Notes: generated from the letters alone by a model not told the origin. A stretch of 63,747 nucleotides of DNA, filler included, from Candidatus Rokuibacteriota bacterium (GCA_031406795.1; 5 parts of 5 records of this genome joined end to end with filler, not necessarily neighbours in it); one strand, 5' to 3'. Counted from the first letter of the whole stretch, positions 9,697 through 19,538 are shown. Numbers and translations: made by a program.

Positions 9697-10830
9697 GTGT
9701 GGCAGCGGACGGGGATCATCGCCGGGAAGGAGTTCATCCAGATCGTGCGCGACTGGCGCACGCTCGCCGTCGTCATCGTCCTGCCCGTGCTGATGCTCGT
9801 TCTCTACGGCTACGCCATCAACTTCGATCTGCGGCGCATCGCGCTCGGGGTGCAGGACGAGGACCGCAGCCCGGCCTCACGCCGGCTCGTCGACGCCTTC
9901 GAGCGCGGCGAGAATTTCGCGGTGGTCGCCGCGCTCGCATCCCCCGCCGCGGCCACGCGAGCGCTCGACGCCGGCGCGGTCCGCGCCGTGCTCGTGATCC
10001 CGCGCGGCCACGCCGCCGATCTCGCCGCCGGGCGGACCGCGATCATCCAGCTGCTGGTCGACGGCGCGGACTCCACGAGCGCGACGACCACCATCGGCTA
10101 CGCCGGCGCCATCGTGCGCGAACACTCGGGGGCGACCACCATCGAAGCGCTGCGACGGCGGGGCCTGCTCGTGCGCGACGGGTTTCCGCCGCTCGAGATG
10201 CGGGCGCGCTTCTGGTACAACCCCGAACAGCGGAGCGTGAACTACATCGTCCCCGGCCTGATCGCCGTGATCCTGATGATGCTCTCCACGCTGCTCACCG
10301 CGCTCACCGTGGTCCGCGAGCGCGAACGCGGCACGATCGAGCAGCTGGTGGTCTCGCCGCTCAAGCCCGCCGAGTTGGTCCTCGGCAAGCTGCTCCCGTA
10401 CGCGCTGATCGCGTTCGTCGACGTCCTGCTCGTCATGGGGGCCGGGCGTCTGCTCTTCGGCGTGCGCGTCGCCGGGAGCATCCCGCTGCTGCTGGGCCTC
10501 TCGGCAATCTACCTCGTCTCCGCGCTCGGCATCGGCCTGCTGATCTCGGTGCTCTCGCCCACCCAGCAGACCGCGATGACCGTCGGTCTGCTCGCCTCGC
10601 AGCTGCCGACCATGCTGCTCTCGGGTTTTCTCTTCCCCATCAGCGCGATGCCCGAGCCCGTCCAGTGGCTGACGAACCTGATCCCCGCCCGCCACTACCT
10701 GGTGATCGTGCGCGGGATCTTCCTCAAAGCCAACGGGCTGGCCCAGCTCTGGCCGCAGGCGCTGCTGCTCGCCGGAATCGCGGCGCTGACGCTCGGCCTG
10801 GCCGCCCGCAAGTTCAGGAAGAAGCTGTGA
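9697..10830 (+). CDS. ABC-2 type permease (YbhS-like)
   Basis: KEFIQIVRDWRTL, WYNPEQRS..VPGLIAVIL, VRERERGTIEQL. Confidence 0.92.
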   Translation: MWQRTGIIAGKEFIQIVRDWRTLAVVIVLPVLMLVLYGYAINFDLRRIALGVQDEDRSPASRRLVDAFERGENFAVVAALASPAAATRALDAGAVRAVLVIPRGHAADLAAGRTAIIQLLVDGADSTSATTTIGYAGAIVREHSGATTIEALRRRGLLVRDGFPPLEMRARFWYNPEQRSVNYIVPGLIAVILMMLSTLLTALTVVRERERGTIEQLVVSPLKPAELVLGKLLPYALIAFVDVLLVMGAGRLLFGVRVAGSIPLLLGLSAIYLVSALGIGLLISVLSPTQQTAMTVGLLASQLPTMLLSGFLFPISAMPEPVQWLTNLIPARHYLVIVRGIFLKANGLAQLWPQALLLAGIAALTLGLAARKFRKKL

Positions 10831-11960
10831 ACGCGCGCCGCGTCCTCCATCTGGTGCGCAAGGAGCTGCTCCAGCTGCGGCGCGACCCGCAGATGCTGCG
10901 CATCGTTTTCATCGCGCCGCTCTTCCAGCTCTTCATCTTCGGGTACGCGGTGACGACCGACGTCAAACACGTGGCCACCGCCCTGCTCGATCAGGACCGC
11001 AGCGTCCAGAGCCGCGAGCTGGCCGAACGCTTCGCGCGCTCCGGCTACTTCGACATCGTGCGCCGGCCGGAGGGTCCGGCCGCCGTTGATGCACTGCTCG
11101 ACGACGGCGCCGTCCAGGCCGCGCTCGTCATCCCCCGGGGCTTCGCCGCCGATCTGGCCTCCGAGCGCACCGCGCGCGTGCAGCTGCTGATCGACGGCAG
11201 CGATTCGATGACCGCGGGAATCGTTGCCGGCTACGCCGGCGGGGTCGCCGGGGAGTATTCGGCGGGCATCGCGGCCGAGAGGCTGGAGCGGCTGCGCGCC
11301 CGTGTCCAGCGCGTCCCCGCCGTCGAGGAGCGGACGCGGGTCTGGTACAACCCCGAACTCAAGAGCGTGCGCTACATGGTGCCCGGGGTGCTCTCGATGA
11401 TCCTCTTTCTCGTGACGATGCTGCTGACGTCGATGGCCATCGTCAAGGAGCGCGAGATCGGCACCCTTGAGCAGCTGGTGGTGACCCCGATCACGGCGGC
11501 GGAGCTGATCGTCGGCAAGGCGCTCCCCTACATCGGGATCGGGTTCATCGACATGCTGCTGGTGCTCGCGCTCTCGACCTTCTGGTTCCGCGTCCCGATC
11601 GCCGGCTCCGTGGCGCTGCTCTTCGCGCTGGCGACCGTGTTCATCTTCACCAGTCTCGGCCTCGGGCTGTTCATCTCCACGATCTCGCAGACCCAGCAGC
11701 AGGCGATGATGTCGACGTTCTTCTTCATGCTCCCCTCGATCCTGCTCTCCGGGTTCATGTTCCCGATCGCGAACATGCCGCGGGTCATCCAGTACGTGAC
11801 GCTGCTGATCCCGCTGCGCTATTTCCTCGTGATCGTCCGTGGCATCTTTCTCAAGGGCAACGGCATCGACGTTCTCTGGCCGCAGGTGGCGGTGCTGCTG
11901 GGGTTCGGGGCGGCCATCCTCGGCCTCGCCGCCCTGCGCTTCCGCAAGCACCTCGGTTAG
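10827..11960 (+). CDS. ABC-2 type permease (YbhR-like)
   Basis: GTG at 10827 overlaps the previous stop; KELLQLRRDPQML, WYNPELKS, KEREIGTLEQL. Confidence 0.92.
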   Translation: MNARRVLHLVRKELLQLRRDPQMLRIVFIAPLFQLFIFGYAVTTDVKHVATALLDQDRSVQSRELAERFARSGYFDIVRRPEGPAAVDALLDDGAVQAALVIPRGFAADLASERTARVQLLIDGSDSMTAGIVAGYAGGVAGEYSAGIAAERLERLRARVQRVPAVEERTRVWYNPELKSVRYMVPGVLSMILFLVTMLLTSMAIVKEREIGTLEQLVVTPITAAELIVGKALPYIGIGFIDMLLVLALSTFWFRVPIAGSVALLFALATVFIFTSLGLGLFISTISQTQQQAMMSTFFFMLPSILLSGFMFPIANMPRVIQYVTLLIPLRYFLVIVRGIFLKGNGIDVLWPQVAVLLGFGAAILGLAALRFRKHLG

Positions 11961-12083
11961 CAGGGCGCTGAAAAGGGCCCATCTGCGGCGTTGCACTCCT
12001 CGTGTCTGCCTGCGGCGGGCACGAGCCCGCCTCGGCAACCACTTCGGGGTGCGCCTTGCACCTGGGCCCTTTTGAGCACCCTG
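11961..12083. mobile_element. MITE-like element, 123 bp, with 21-bp terminal inverted repeats
   Basis: CAGGGCGCTGAAAAGGGCCCA ... TGGGCCCTTTTGAGCACCCTG (19/21 match); non-coding; related end at 36810-36829. Confidence 0.75.
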
Positions 12084-12277
12084 CCGAGGCGGGGTACTGA
12101 CAGTTGAGAAGTCTGCGCCTCCGCGCGGACAGGGGAGCTGCCTTGCCAGGACGAAAAATCGCGCCGGGAGCGCGCCGGCCGACCCCGTGCACTTACTGAC
12201 GGAGGGGAGGTCTTCAAACTATCCAGAACTCCCTGAGTGGAATCATGTACACTGCCCGCCGTAAGGGAGGGCGACGG

Positions 12278-13123
12278 ATGGAGATCTCGATCTGGGGCGC
12301 GCGCGGGTCGATTCCCGTGTCCGGGCCGGAGTATCTCCGCTACGGCGGCGACACGACCTGCCTCGAGATCCGTGGCTCCGCGGAGCCGCTGCTGATCGAC
12401 GCCGGCACCGGGATTCGCCGCGCCGGCGACCGGCTCGACCTCCAGGGCGTCCGCCACATCCACCTGCTCTTCACCCACGCTCACTGGGATCACGTTCTCG
12501 GGTTCCCCTTCTTCCGGCCGCTGTACACGCCGGGCGTGCGCATCGAGATCTACGGTTGCCTGCAGGCGCAGGCCTCGGTGCACCAGATGCTCGGGCGGGC
12601 GATGAGCCCGCCGAGTTTCCCGGTCGACCTGCGCGATCTCGCCGCCGACCTCGTCTTCCACGAACCCTGCCGCGGCCAGTTCGAGGCCGGCGGGTTCGGC
12701 GTGACGACCATCCCGCTGAGCCACCCCAACGGCGGGGTCGGCTACCGGATCGAGGAGGGCAAACGGCGGATCGTCTTTCTCACCGACAACGAACTCGGTT
12801 CGGTGCTGCCCGGCGGCCGCACCCGGCAGGAGTACGCCCGCTTCGCCGCAGGCGCCGATCTGCTGCTGCACGACGGGGAACTGACCGCCGAGGAATACCG
12901 CACGCGCGGCGGCTGGGGACACAGCACCTGGGAGGACGCGCTCGACCTCGCGCTCCAGGCGGATGTCCGTCGCTTCGGGATCTGGCACCACAATATGCTG
13001 CGGGACGACGAGGCGATCGAGCGGATCGTGGGGGAGTGCCAGGCGCGGATCGGCGCCGTCTCGGCCGACACCGAGTGTTTCGCCGCGCACCAGGGCCAGC
13101 ACTTCACCATCGACGACGGCTGA
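12278..13123 (+). CDS. MBL-fold metallo-hydrolase
   Basis: WGARGSIP..RYGGDTTC, LIDAGTG, FTHAHWDH, SHPNG, WGHS. Confidence 0.9.
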   Translation: MEISIWGARGSIPVSGPEYLRYGGDTTCLEIRGSAEPLLIDAGTGIRRAGDRLDLQGVRHIHLLFTHAHWDHVLGFPFFRPLYTPGVRIEIYGCLQAQASVHQMLGRAMSPPSFPVDLRDLAADLVFHEPCRGQFEAGGFGVTTIPLSHPNGGVGYRIEEGKRRIVFLTDNELGSVLPGGRTRQEYARFAAGADLLLHDGELTAEEYRTRGGWGHSTWEDALDLALQADVRRFGIWHHNMLRDDEAIERIVGECQARIGAVSADTECFAAHQGQHFTIDDG

Positions 13124-13248
13124 ATGAAGCCCCTCCGCGGCGAGGTTCGGAGCGCGCGGGGAAATTGACTCCCCTGCCGAAACGTGCCAGTATCCGTGGC
13201 ATTATTTCGCCTGAAAACCATCAACCACCGAAGGGGAGGGAGCAGGGT

Positions 13249-14079
13249 ATGGCACGCAAGGGCAACGTTTTCCTGATGGCGGGGGTTCTCGCACTGGCGT
13301 TGTGCGCCGCGGGCGCGGTTCCGGGCCAGGCGAAGGTCGCGCTCAAGGGCGAGGACTGCGCGAAGTGTCACGAACAGCAACCGGCGGACATCGAGGCGGG
13401 CGGCGGCAAGCACAAGTCCGAGATCAGCTGCCAGGACTGCCACGCCGGCCACCGTCCGGTCTCCAAGAACAACATCCCCAAGTGCAGCGACTGCCACGAG
13501 GGCGAAGAGCACTTCAAGCTGCCCAACTGCCTCGGCTGCCACAAGAACCCGCACACCCCGAAGAACATCTCGTTCGACAAGAAGCAGACCGCGCCCTGTC
13601 TGACCTGCCACAAGGAGCAGATCAAGCAACTCACGGAGTTTCCGAGCAAGCACACGCAGCAGGCCTGCTCGTTCTGTCACGACGTCCACGGCAAGAAGCC
13701 CGCCTGCACCCAGTGCCACAAGCCGCACGCCCCGACGATGACGGCGTCGGAGTGCTCGACCTGCCACCGCGCCCACCAGCCGAAGAACGTCGTGTACCCG
13801 GCGACCGTAGCGAACGCCCAGTGCGGCGCCTGCCACAAGAAGCCGGCCACGCTGATCGCGGCGACGTCGACCCGCCACGCGAAGGTCGCCTGCGTGCAGT
13901 GCCACAAGGACAAACACAAGATGGTCCCGAACTGCAACCAGTGCCACCAGGTCAAGCATCCGGCCGGCATCCTGCAGAAGTTCCCCAATTGCCTGACGTG
14001 CCACAACCACCCGCATGACTTGAACAACTTCGCGGCGGCCAAGCCCGCGGCGGCGCCGGCGGCTCCGGCGACGAGGTAA
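13249..14079 (+). CDS. Periplasmic dodecaheme c-type cytochrome
   Basis: Signal peptide plus 12 CxxCH motifs. Confidence 0.93.
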   Translation: MARKGNVFLMAGVLALALCAAGAVPGQAKVALKGEDCAKCHEQQPADIEAGGGKHKSEISCQDCHAGHRPVSKNNIPKCSDCHEGEEHFKLPNCLGCHKNPHTPKNISFDKKQTAPCLTCHKEQIKQLTEFPSKHTQQACSFCHDVHGKKPACTQCHKPHAPTMTASECSTCHRAHQPKNVVYPATVANAQCGACHKKPATLIAATSTRHAKVACVQCHKDKHKMVPNCNQCHQVKHPAGILQKFPNCLTCHNHPHDLNNFAAAKPAAAPAAPATR

Positions 14080-14125
14080 CCCCCGAACCGGAAGAACTGA
14101 CGGGCGTCGCCTCCAGGTGATGCAG

Positions 14126-14159
14126 GGCCCGCCGGGGAGTCTCCCGGCGGGCCTTTTTT
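14126..14159 (+). terminator. Rho-independent terminator
   Basis: GGCCCGCCGGG-loop-CCCGGCGGGCC followed by TTTTTT. Confidence 0.8.
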
Positions 14160-14755
14160 CATCGGTGTGAGACGAAGGCGGAGCGCTTCGCCAGCGGTCC
14201 CAGTTCGGCGTCGGCCTGGAAGAATTCCTCGTCGATCCGGGCGAGGATCTCCCTGGCCCGGACCGGGTCGGCGGCCGTGTCGACCGCGTCGAACTCCGCC
14301 CAGAGCCGGTCGGCCCGGTTCAGGACCCGGCCGAGCGGTCGCAGACGGTCGGCGAGCGCGGATTGCAGTTCCCGAAGCGACTCCGCCAGGAGCCCGATCT
14401 GGTCGCCGCTGCGCAGGCGCATCGGAAAATTCACCGCGCCGCGCCGCAGGCTCTCGGCGAATCTCTCCATCTTGAAGAGCGGGCCGGCGATACTGTGCGA
14501 GATGAAGATGGTGACCAGCGCGACGATGACGCTGCCGATGATCAGGTAGATCAGCACGGACAGACCGATCATGGGGAGCAGTACTTTCTGCAGGTTGTGC
14601 AGGGTTGTGTAGGCCTGCTTGTAACTGGGCCCGAGATCCTGGTCGAGCGCCCGCCGCAGCGTGTAGAGAAACGACGCGCTGGCCACGGCGATCGCGGCGG
14701 CGACGATGATCATCCAGCGGAGCTGATAGCGTATCCAGATTTCCCGTTCCGACAT
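14159..14755 (-). CDS. Two-TM HAMP-domain membrane protein
   Basis: Two TM helices, then SHSIAGPLFKMERFAESLRRG..LRSGDQIGLLAESL. Confidence 0.8.
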   Translation of the reverse strand: MSEREIWIRYQLRWMIIVAAAIAVASASFLYTLRRALDQDLGPSYKQAYTTLHNLQKVLLPMIGLSVLIYLIIGSVIVALVTIFISHSIAGPLFKMERFAESLRRGAVNFPMRLRSGDQIGLLAESLRELQSALADRLRPLGRVLNRADRLWAEFDAVDTAADPVRAREILARIDEEFFQADAELGPLAKRSAFVSHR

Positions 14756-14766
14756 GATTGCCCCCG

Positions 14767-15270
14767 CTAATAGTCCTGGTGACAGGCCACGCAGAGTGGC
14801 TCAAAACCCTTGATCGGATCCGACATCCTCAGGTAGATGGTCTTGTACCAGGCGGTCTGCGTCCGGCCCTCCTGCTGGAGGTACGTGACCGGCTGGTCCT
14901 GGTAGGCCCGCGTCCTGGAGAGAAACGCCATGTGGGGGTTGTGGCAGGAGCCGCAGGAAACCTTCCCGTCCTCGAGCGGAAGCTCCGCGGGCACGTCGAT
15001 GGTGGTGGGTGAACGACTGGGGTCGACCCCGACCGGGTGCGAGAGGCCGAGCTTCGTCTGGGTGTGGCACTTCATGCAGATCTCCAGAATTTCCACGACG
15101 AAGCTGTGCGGGTCCATCGTTCCGCCGAAGTAGGCGTGACAGCCGACGCAGGCCTCCGCCCCGCTGAAGATCTGGTGCGGGTTCGTCGGCGGCGCGACAT
15201 CCGCGGGGGCCCGGGTCAGCGCAAGAGCGAGAAGCAGGAGGACGAGCACCCCGCTCCGGAGCGCCCTCAT
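14767..15270 (-). CDS. Tetraheme cytochrome c (doubled-CxxCH type)
   Basis: Signal peptide; CVGCH, CMKCH, CGSCHNPH, CVACH; SHPVGVD..ELPLEDGKVSC. Confidence 0.88.
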   Translation of the reverse strand: MRALRSGVLVLLLLALALTRAPADVAPPTNPHQIFSGAEACVGCHAYFGGTMDPHSFVVEILEICMKCHTQTKLGLSHPVGVDPSRSPTTIDVPAELPLEDGKVSCGSCHNPHMAFLSRTRAYQDQPVTYLQQEGRTQTAWYKTIYLRMSDPIKGFEPLCVACHQDY

Positions 15271-15872
15271 GGCTCATCGACCTTGAAGCCCTTGTAGAGA
15301 CTTTTCACGTTTCCGAACCCGGCGTGCAGTTCCCGGTTCCTCGCGGCCGTCACGCCGCCGCCGCCGCGCTCGAGTTCCTCGCGTGTTTCGCGGATCCTCT
15401 CCCGAAGCGTGAGGATGCCGCGGCGCAGCTCGTCGACCCGTTCCTGGTGCCCGGCGAGGCCGTCGGCGAGCTTGTCCTGCAGCGTGCCGAATTCGTGCGG
15501 CCGGGGCGGGCGGGGCCACGCCGAAGGATCCTGCCCCGACAGCGCGGAGCGCACGTTGGCCCGGACGGCGCGGGAGGCGCGGGCCACCGCCCAGGAGATC
15601 AGAAAGACGGCGAGGATCGCCAGGGCCATGATGCCGATGGTCGCCGCGATGTTGGTGTCGACGACCGCGGTGCGCAGCAGATCCCAGGAGCTGCAGTCCT
15701 GGGCATGCCCGCGGAAGAGGCAATAGCGCAGGGTGGCTACGGCACGCTGGTAGATCAGGTAGGAGAGCGCCGCCCCTCCGGCGACGAGAATGAGCAGTTA
15801 GTAGCAGAGGATGCGCGTCTGGAACCACTTCTTGACGAAGAAATCCCGCCGTTGACCGAGCTTCAAGACCAT
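15267..15872 (-). pseudogene. Two-TM HAMP-like membrane protein with in-frame TAA at codon 25 (15798-15800)
   Basis: RBS GAGGAGG and ATG at 15872: MVLKLGQRRDFFVKKWFQTRILCY*LLILVAGG..., continuing in frame into ORF 15267-15629. Confidence 0.75.
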
Positions 15873-16027
15873 GATGCCTCCTCGCGACTACCGCTTTGCC
15901 GAGGTCTCGCGTTCCGTCGCCCCTGAATCGCCTGGTTCAGGCGGGAAAATCCTCCCATGGTTGACGCCTGATGTCCACAGCAGAATGCCCGCTGCGCCGG
16001 GGCCGCGGGCTTGCCCGTCGCGCGCGC

Positions 16028-17386
16028 TCACCACCCGGGATCTCCCGGCGGCGCCTGCCCGGCCTCGCGCAGCACTGCCGACTCGATGCGCGCCCGGTCT
16101 TCGACCCGGTTGTCCCGGGCCCACTCGGTGACGCGGCGTTGGATTTCGCCGATGCGCGGACCCCGCGCGAGACCGGTCAGCGCCATGATGCCGTCCCCGG
16201 AGATCACGAACGCGCCGGCGCGGGCCCCGCTCCCCGGCGCGACCTCCGCCTCGGCCGCGTGAAAGGCCGCGGCGAGCCGCGCGACGGCGGCCACGTCCCC
16301 CCGCGCCGCGAGATCGCATAGCGCGAGCTCCCGCAGAACCGGCCAGTGGACATCCGCGAGGAGCGCGAGCACCCCGGAGCGCCGCAGTTCGGTGAACTGT
16401 CCGGCCTGCATGTGGTGCTCGACGGCGAAGGCGACGGCAGCGCGCTGCCGCCGCGGCAGGTGCAGGCGACGGGCGACGCCGTCCGCGATCGTGGCCCCGG
16501 ACCGCTCGTGGCCGTGATAACGGTGGCGGCCCGCCGACTCCCGGTGGGCAGGGGCCTTGCCGGTGTCGTGCAGCAGCACCGCCAGGTTGACGGCCGGGTC
16601 GGTCGAAATCGACGAGCGCAGCGCGGCGAGCGTGTGCTCCCAGGCGTCCCCCTCGGGGTGCCACTCGATCGGCTGCGGGAGCCCCCGCAGCTCGCGGACT
16701 TCCGGCAGCAGCAGCCCGAGCAGACCGAAGCGCTCCATCAGCGTGACGCCGTCGGCGAGCGCCGCTCCCGGCTGCGAGGCCAGCCGGAGGATCTCCTTGC
16801 CGATGCGCTCTCCCGCGACCGAAGCCAGGCGCGGTGCGGCGCGTTCGATCGCGTCGGCGGTTCTCCGCTCGATCGTGAAACCGAGGCCGGCGGCGAAGCG
16901 CACGGCCCGCAGGAGCCGCGCGGGGTCCTCGGCGAAGCGCTCCTCAGGCGAGCCGACGCAGCGAACCACCCGGTCCCGCAGATCGGCGCGTCCGCCCTGC
17001 AGATCGACGATGCCGCCGTCCGCCCGCATGAACAGCGCGTTGATGGTGGAGTCGCGGTGCGCCGAGTCCTCGAGGAGCGGGCCGGGCCCGTCCCGGCAGG
17101 GCGCGGTCGCGGGCGCATCCGCCGACTGCTGCGCGCCGCCGCGAAAGCGGGAGACTTCGAAACTCCGGCCGCCGCGGCTGATCACCACGGTGTCGAACTG
17201 CGCCGATCTGCCGACCGCGTGGGTGGTGAAGAGGGACGAGAGTTCGGTCAGCGGCATGTCGGTGGCGAGATCCACGTCGGTCAGGGGACGGCCGAGCAGA
17301 TGATCCCGCACGGCGCCGCCGGCGACGACGGCCAGACGCCCGCGCGCGGTGATTTCCCGGACAATTTCGAAGGCCGCTTCGAGCAC
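16028..17386 (-). CDS. CCA tRNA nucleotidyltransferase/poly(A) polymerase family protein with HD domain
   Basis: AGGAVRDHLLG..DVDLAT, EDPARLLRAVRF, HPEGDAWEHT, LLHDTGK; start approximate. Confidence 0.88.
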   Translation of the reverse strand: MLEAAFEIVREITARGRLAVVAGGAVRDHLLGRPLTDVDLATDMPLTELSSLFTTHAVGRSAQFDTVVISRGGRSFEVSRFRGGAQQSADAPATAPCRDGPGPLLEDSAHRDSTINALFMRADGGIVDLQGGRADLRDRVVRCVGSPEERFAEDPARLLRAVRFAAGLGFTIERRTADAIERAAPRLASVAGERIGKEILRLASQPGAALADGVTLMERFGLLGLLLPEVRELRGLPQPIEWHPEGDAWEHTLAALRSSISTDPAVNLAVLLHDTGKAPAHRESAGRHRYHGHERSGATIADGVARRLHLPRRQRAAVAFAVEHHMQAGQFTELRRSGVLALLADVHWPVLRELALCDLAARGDVAAVARLAAAFHAAEAEVAPGSGARAGAFVISGDGIMALTGLARGPRIGEIQRRVTEWARDNRVEDRARIESAVLREAGQAPPGDPGW

Positions 17387-17556
17387 GACGGTTCGTCCCC
17401 CCCGGCCGGCTGCTCCTCGCGGCCGCTGAAATTGTAGGCGCGCGCGCGAAGCGGGGCAAGCGGCGAACGGCGAGAAAAACCCTTTGCGTGGTGTTTCGTG
17501 GTGTGCTATGCTCCGCGCAAATCCGGGGAAAATCATCCAAACAAGGAGGGGAGCAC

Positions 17557-17877
17557 ATGGCAAAGGGCAAGGTTGAAGCGCGTCCCACCACGAAGTCCGA
17601 GAGCATGGCGTTCATCGCGGAGAAGACCGGTCTGACCCGCAAGCAGGTCGCCGGCGTCTTCGAGGCGCTCACGGGCATCATGGCTCGCGATCTGAAGAAG
17701 TTCGGCACGTACACCCTCCCGGGCCTCGCGAAGGTCAAGGTGGTGAAGAAGCCGGCCACGAAGGCGCGCAAGGGCATCAATCCCTTCACAAAGGAAGAGG
17801 TGATGTTCAAGGCCAAGCCCGCCCGCAAGGTGGTCAAGGTCCTCGCTCTCAAGGCGCTCAAGGACATCGTCGCCTAA
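17557..17877 (+). CDS. HU-family DNA-binding protein
   Basis: IAEKTGLTRKQV..LPGLAKV..KARKGINPFTKEEVMFKAKPA. Confidence 0.93.
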   Translation: MAKGKVEARPTTKSESMAFIAEKTGLTRKQVAGVFEALTGIMARDLKKFGTYTLPGLAKVKVVKKPATKARKGINPFTKEEVMFKAKPARKVVKVLALKALKDIVA

Positions 17878-17903
17878 TTCGTCTCTCGACGCTGCCGTTC
17901 GTG

Positions 17904-17940
17904 CGATGCCCGGCCCGCAAGGCCGGGCATCGACATTTTC
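17904..17940 (+). terminator. Terminator-like hairpin after HU gene
   Basis: CGATGCCCGGCC-CGCAA-GGCCGGGCATCG then ACATTTT. Confidence 0.6.
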
Positions 17941-17951
17941 AGGGGTCGATC

Positions 17952-18710
17952 ATGAAGCTTGCGAAATTTCCCGGTGCTTTCCTGCTGGTCCTGGCCGCGG
18001 TTTCCGCCGCCGAGGCGGTCGCGGTCCCGACGGCCGGCGGATTCGATCCGGAGCCGCCGGCGGACCAGATCATCCTGAGCGCCGGTGCGGCCGCCCCGGT
18101 GAAGGTCGACGCCGCGCCCGCGCGACGCGCGCGATGGGTCTTCCAGGCGTCGACGGGGACCGCCCACCAGTTCCGCAGCCGGTTGAACATCCGGCAGGAG
18201 GGCGAGGCCGATCTCGATTTTACCGCTCGCTACGAGACGCGGCCGTACACCAGCGGGGCGCCGTACTACTCGCTGCGGATCGGTCGCTGGAAGGGTGACC
18301 GGGCCTGGGAGTTCGAGACCCACCATCACCTGGTGACGCTGGTCGACGATCCCACGGGGGTGATCGGAAATTTCCAGATCACCCACGGGTACAACCTGAA
18401 CACCCTGAACCGGGCCTGGCTCGCCGGCGGCCTGATCTGGCGGATCGGGGCCGGGGTCGTGATCACGCACCCGGAGAGCACCGTCCGCGGCAGGACTTTC
18501 AGCGGCGACGGTTTCGCCGAGGGGTTCTATCTCAGCGGCGTCTGCGGCCAGCTCTCCCTGGAAAAACGGCTGCGGCTCTGGGGCGGGCTCTTTCTCTCCC
18601 TCGAGGGAAAATTCACCGCGGCCTGGGCGCAGGTCCCGATCGCCGACGGCGAAGCGACCGTTCCGAACTACGCCCTCCACGCCCTCGCCGGCCTCGGCTA
18701 CGCGTTTTAG
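17952..18710 (+). CDS. Exported protein, probable outer-membrane beta-barrel
   Basis: Signal peptide; amphipathic beta strands; C-terminal ..LAGLGYAF. Confidence 0.7.
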   Translation: MKLAKFPGAFLLVLAAVSAAEAVAVPTAGGFDPEPPADQIILSAGAAAPVKVDAAPARRARWVFQASTGTAHQFRSRLNIRQEGEADLDFTARYETRPYTSGAPYYSLRIGRWKGDRAWEFETHHHLVTLVDDPTGVIGNFQITHGYNLNTLNRAWLAGGLIWRIGAGVVITHPESTVRGRTFSGDGFAEGFYLSGVCGQLSLEKRLRLWGGLFLSLEGKFTAAWAQVPIADGEATVPNYALHALAGLGYAF

Positions 18711-18879
18711 CCCGGGTCGCTGGGGAGGCCCTGACACGCCCCGGCGGCGTTGCTTCTCGCGTCGCTTGTGCGGCGGGCCCGAGCCCGCCGCCGCGCGCGC
18801 GCGGCGCGGCCATGCCGGGGCGCCAAAACGCGCCGGGATCGGCACCGTCCACCCCGGTCGCGCGCTCGGCGGACGCGCG

Positions 18880-18979
18880 NNNNNNNNNNNNNNNNNNNNN
18901 NNNNNNNNNNNNNNNNNNNNNNNTTAATTAATTAANNNNNNNNNNNNNNNNNNNNNNNNNNNNNNNNNNNNNNNNNNNN
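18880..18979. other. Artificial contig linker
   Basis: N-run with TTAATTAATTAA. Confidence 0.99.
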
Positions 18980-19183
18980 GAAGGTGTCGACGAAGCCCTT
19001 CACCTCGAAGTGGAAGCTCGCCGGGCCGGTCGTGCCGAGGTTGACCTCCATCCGGTCCCCCTCCTTCTTGACGGTGAACGTTTCCTCGCTGCTGCTGCAG
19101 CCGGAAAAGACCGCCAGGCCCGCCGTCAGAACCAGAGCGCTCAGCGAGATGCCGGCGAAAATGCTCTTTTTCGTCTGTGTCAT
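18980..19183 (-). CDS. Lipoprotein, N-terminal fragment truncated by gap
   Basis: MTQTKKSIF..hydrophobic..VFSGC lipobox; GAGGAGG RBS. Confidence 0.7.
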
Positions 19184-19287
19184 TGAAAAGTCCTCCTCGT
19201 GTCAGCTATTGCCCGAGCTATAACGTTAAAACCTATATATATTAGCGTACTATAAAAGGAGATCCAAGAAGAATCCAGCCCCACGGG

Positions 19288-19428
19288 GTAACCCTTCAAT
19301 GAACGGTGGCCCCATCAGTACCGTTCGCCCTGAGCCCGTCGAAGGGCGTTTGTATGAAGGCTTCCCGTTCGTGGTTCGACAGGCTCACCACGAACGGGAA
19401 AAGTTGCCTCACTTCACTGAAGAGTTAC
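19288..19428. mobile_element. MITE-like repeat copy 1 with 16-bp TIRs and internal CGTC-type REP-like motifs
   Basis: GTAACCCTTCAATGAA ... TTCACTGAAGAGTTAC; internal CCTGAGCCCGTCGAAGG and TTCGACAGGCTCA; near-identical to 54213-54355. Confidence 0.85.
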
Positions 19429-19538
19429 CTCATGGAGCGCCTCGAGAAGCGGATTCAGCCGCTTCGCGACGGTGGGGTCCGCGGCGCGCTCCGGCGTGGA
19501 ACCCATGATTGAGCAGGGGAGTGGTATAATTAAACGAT

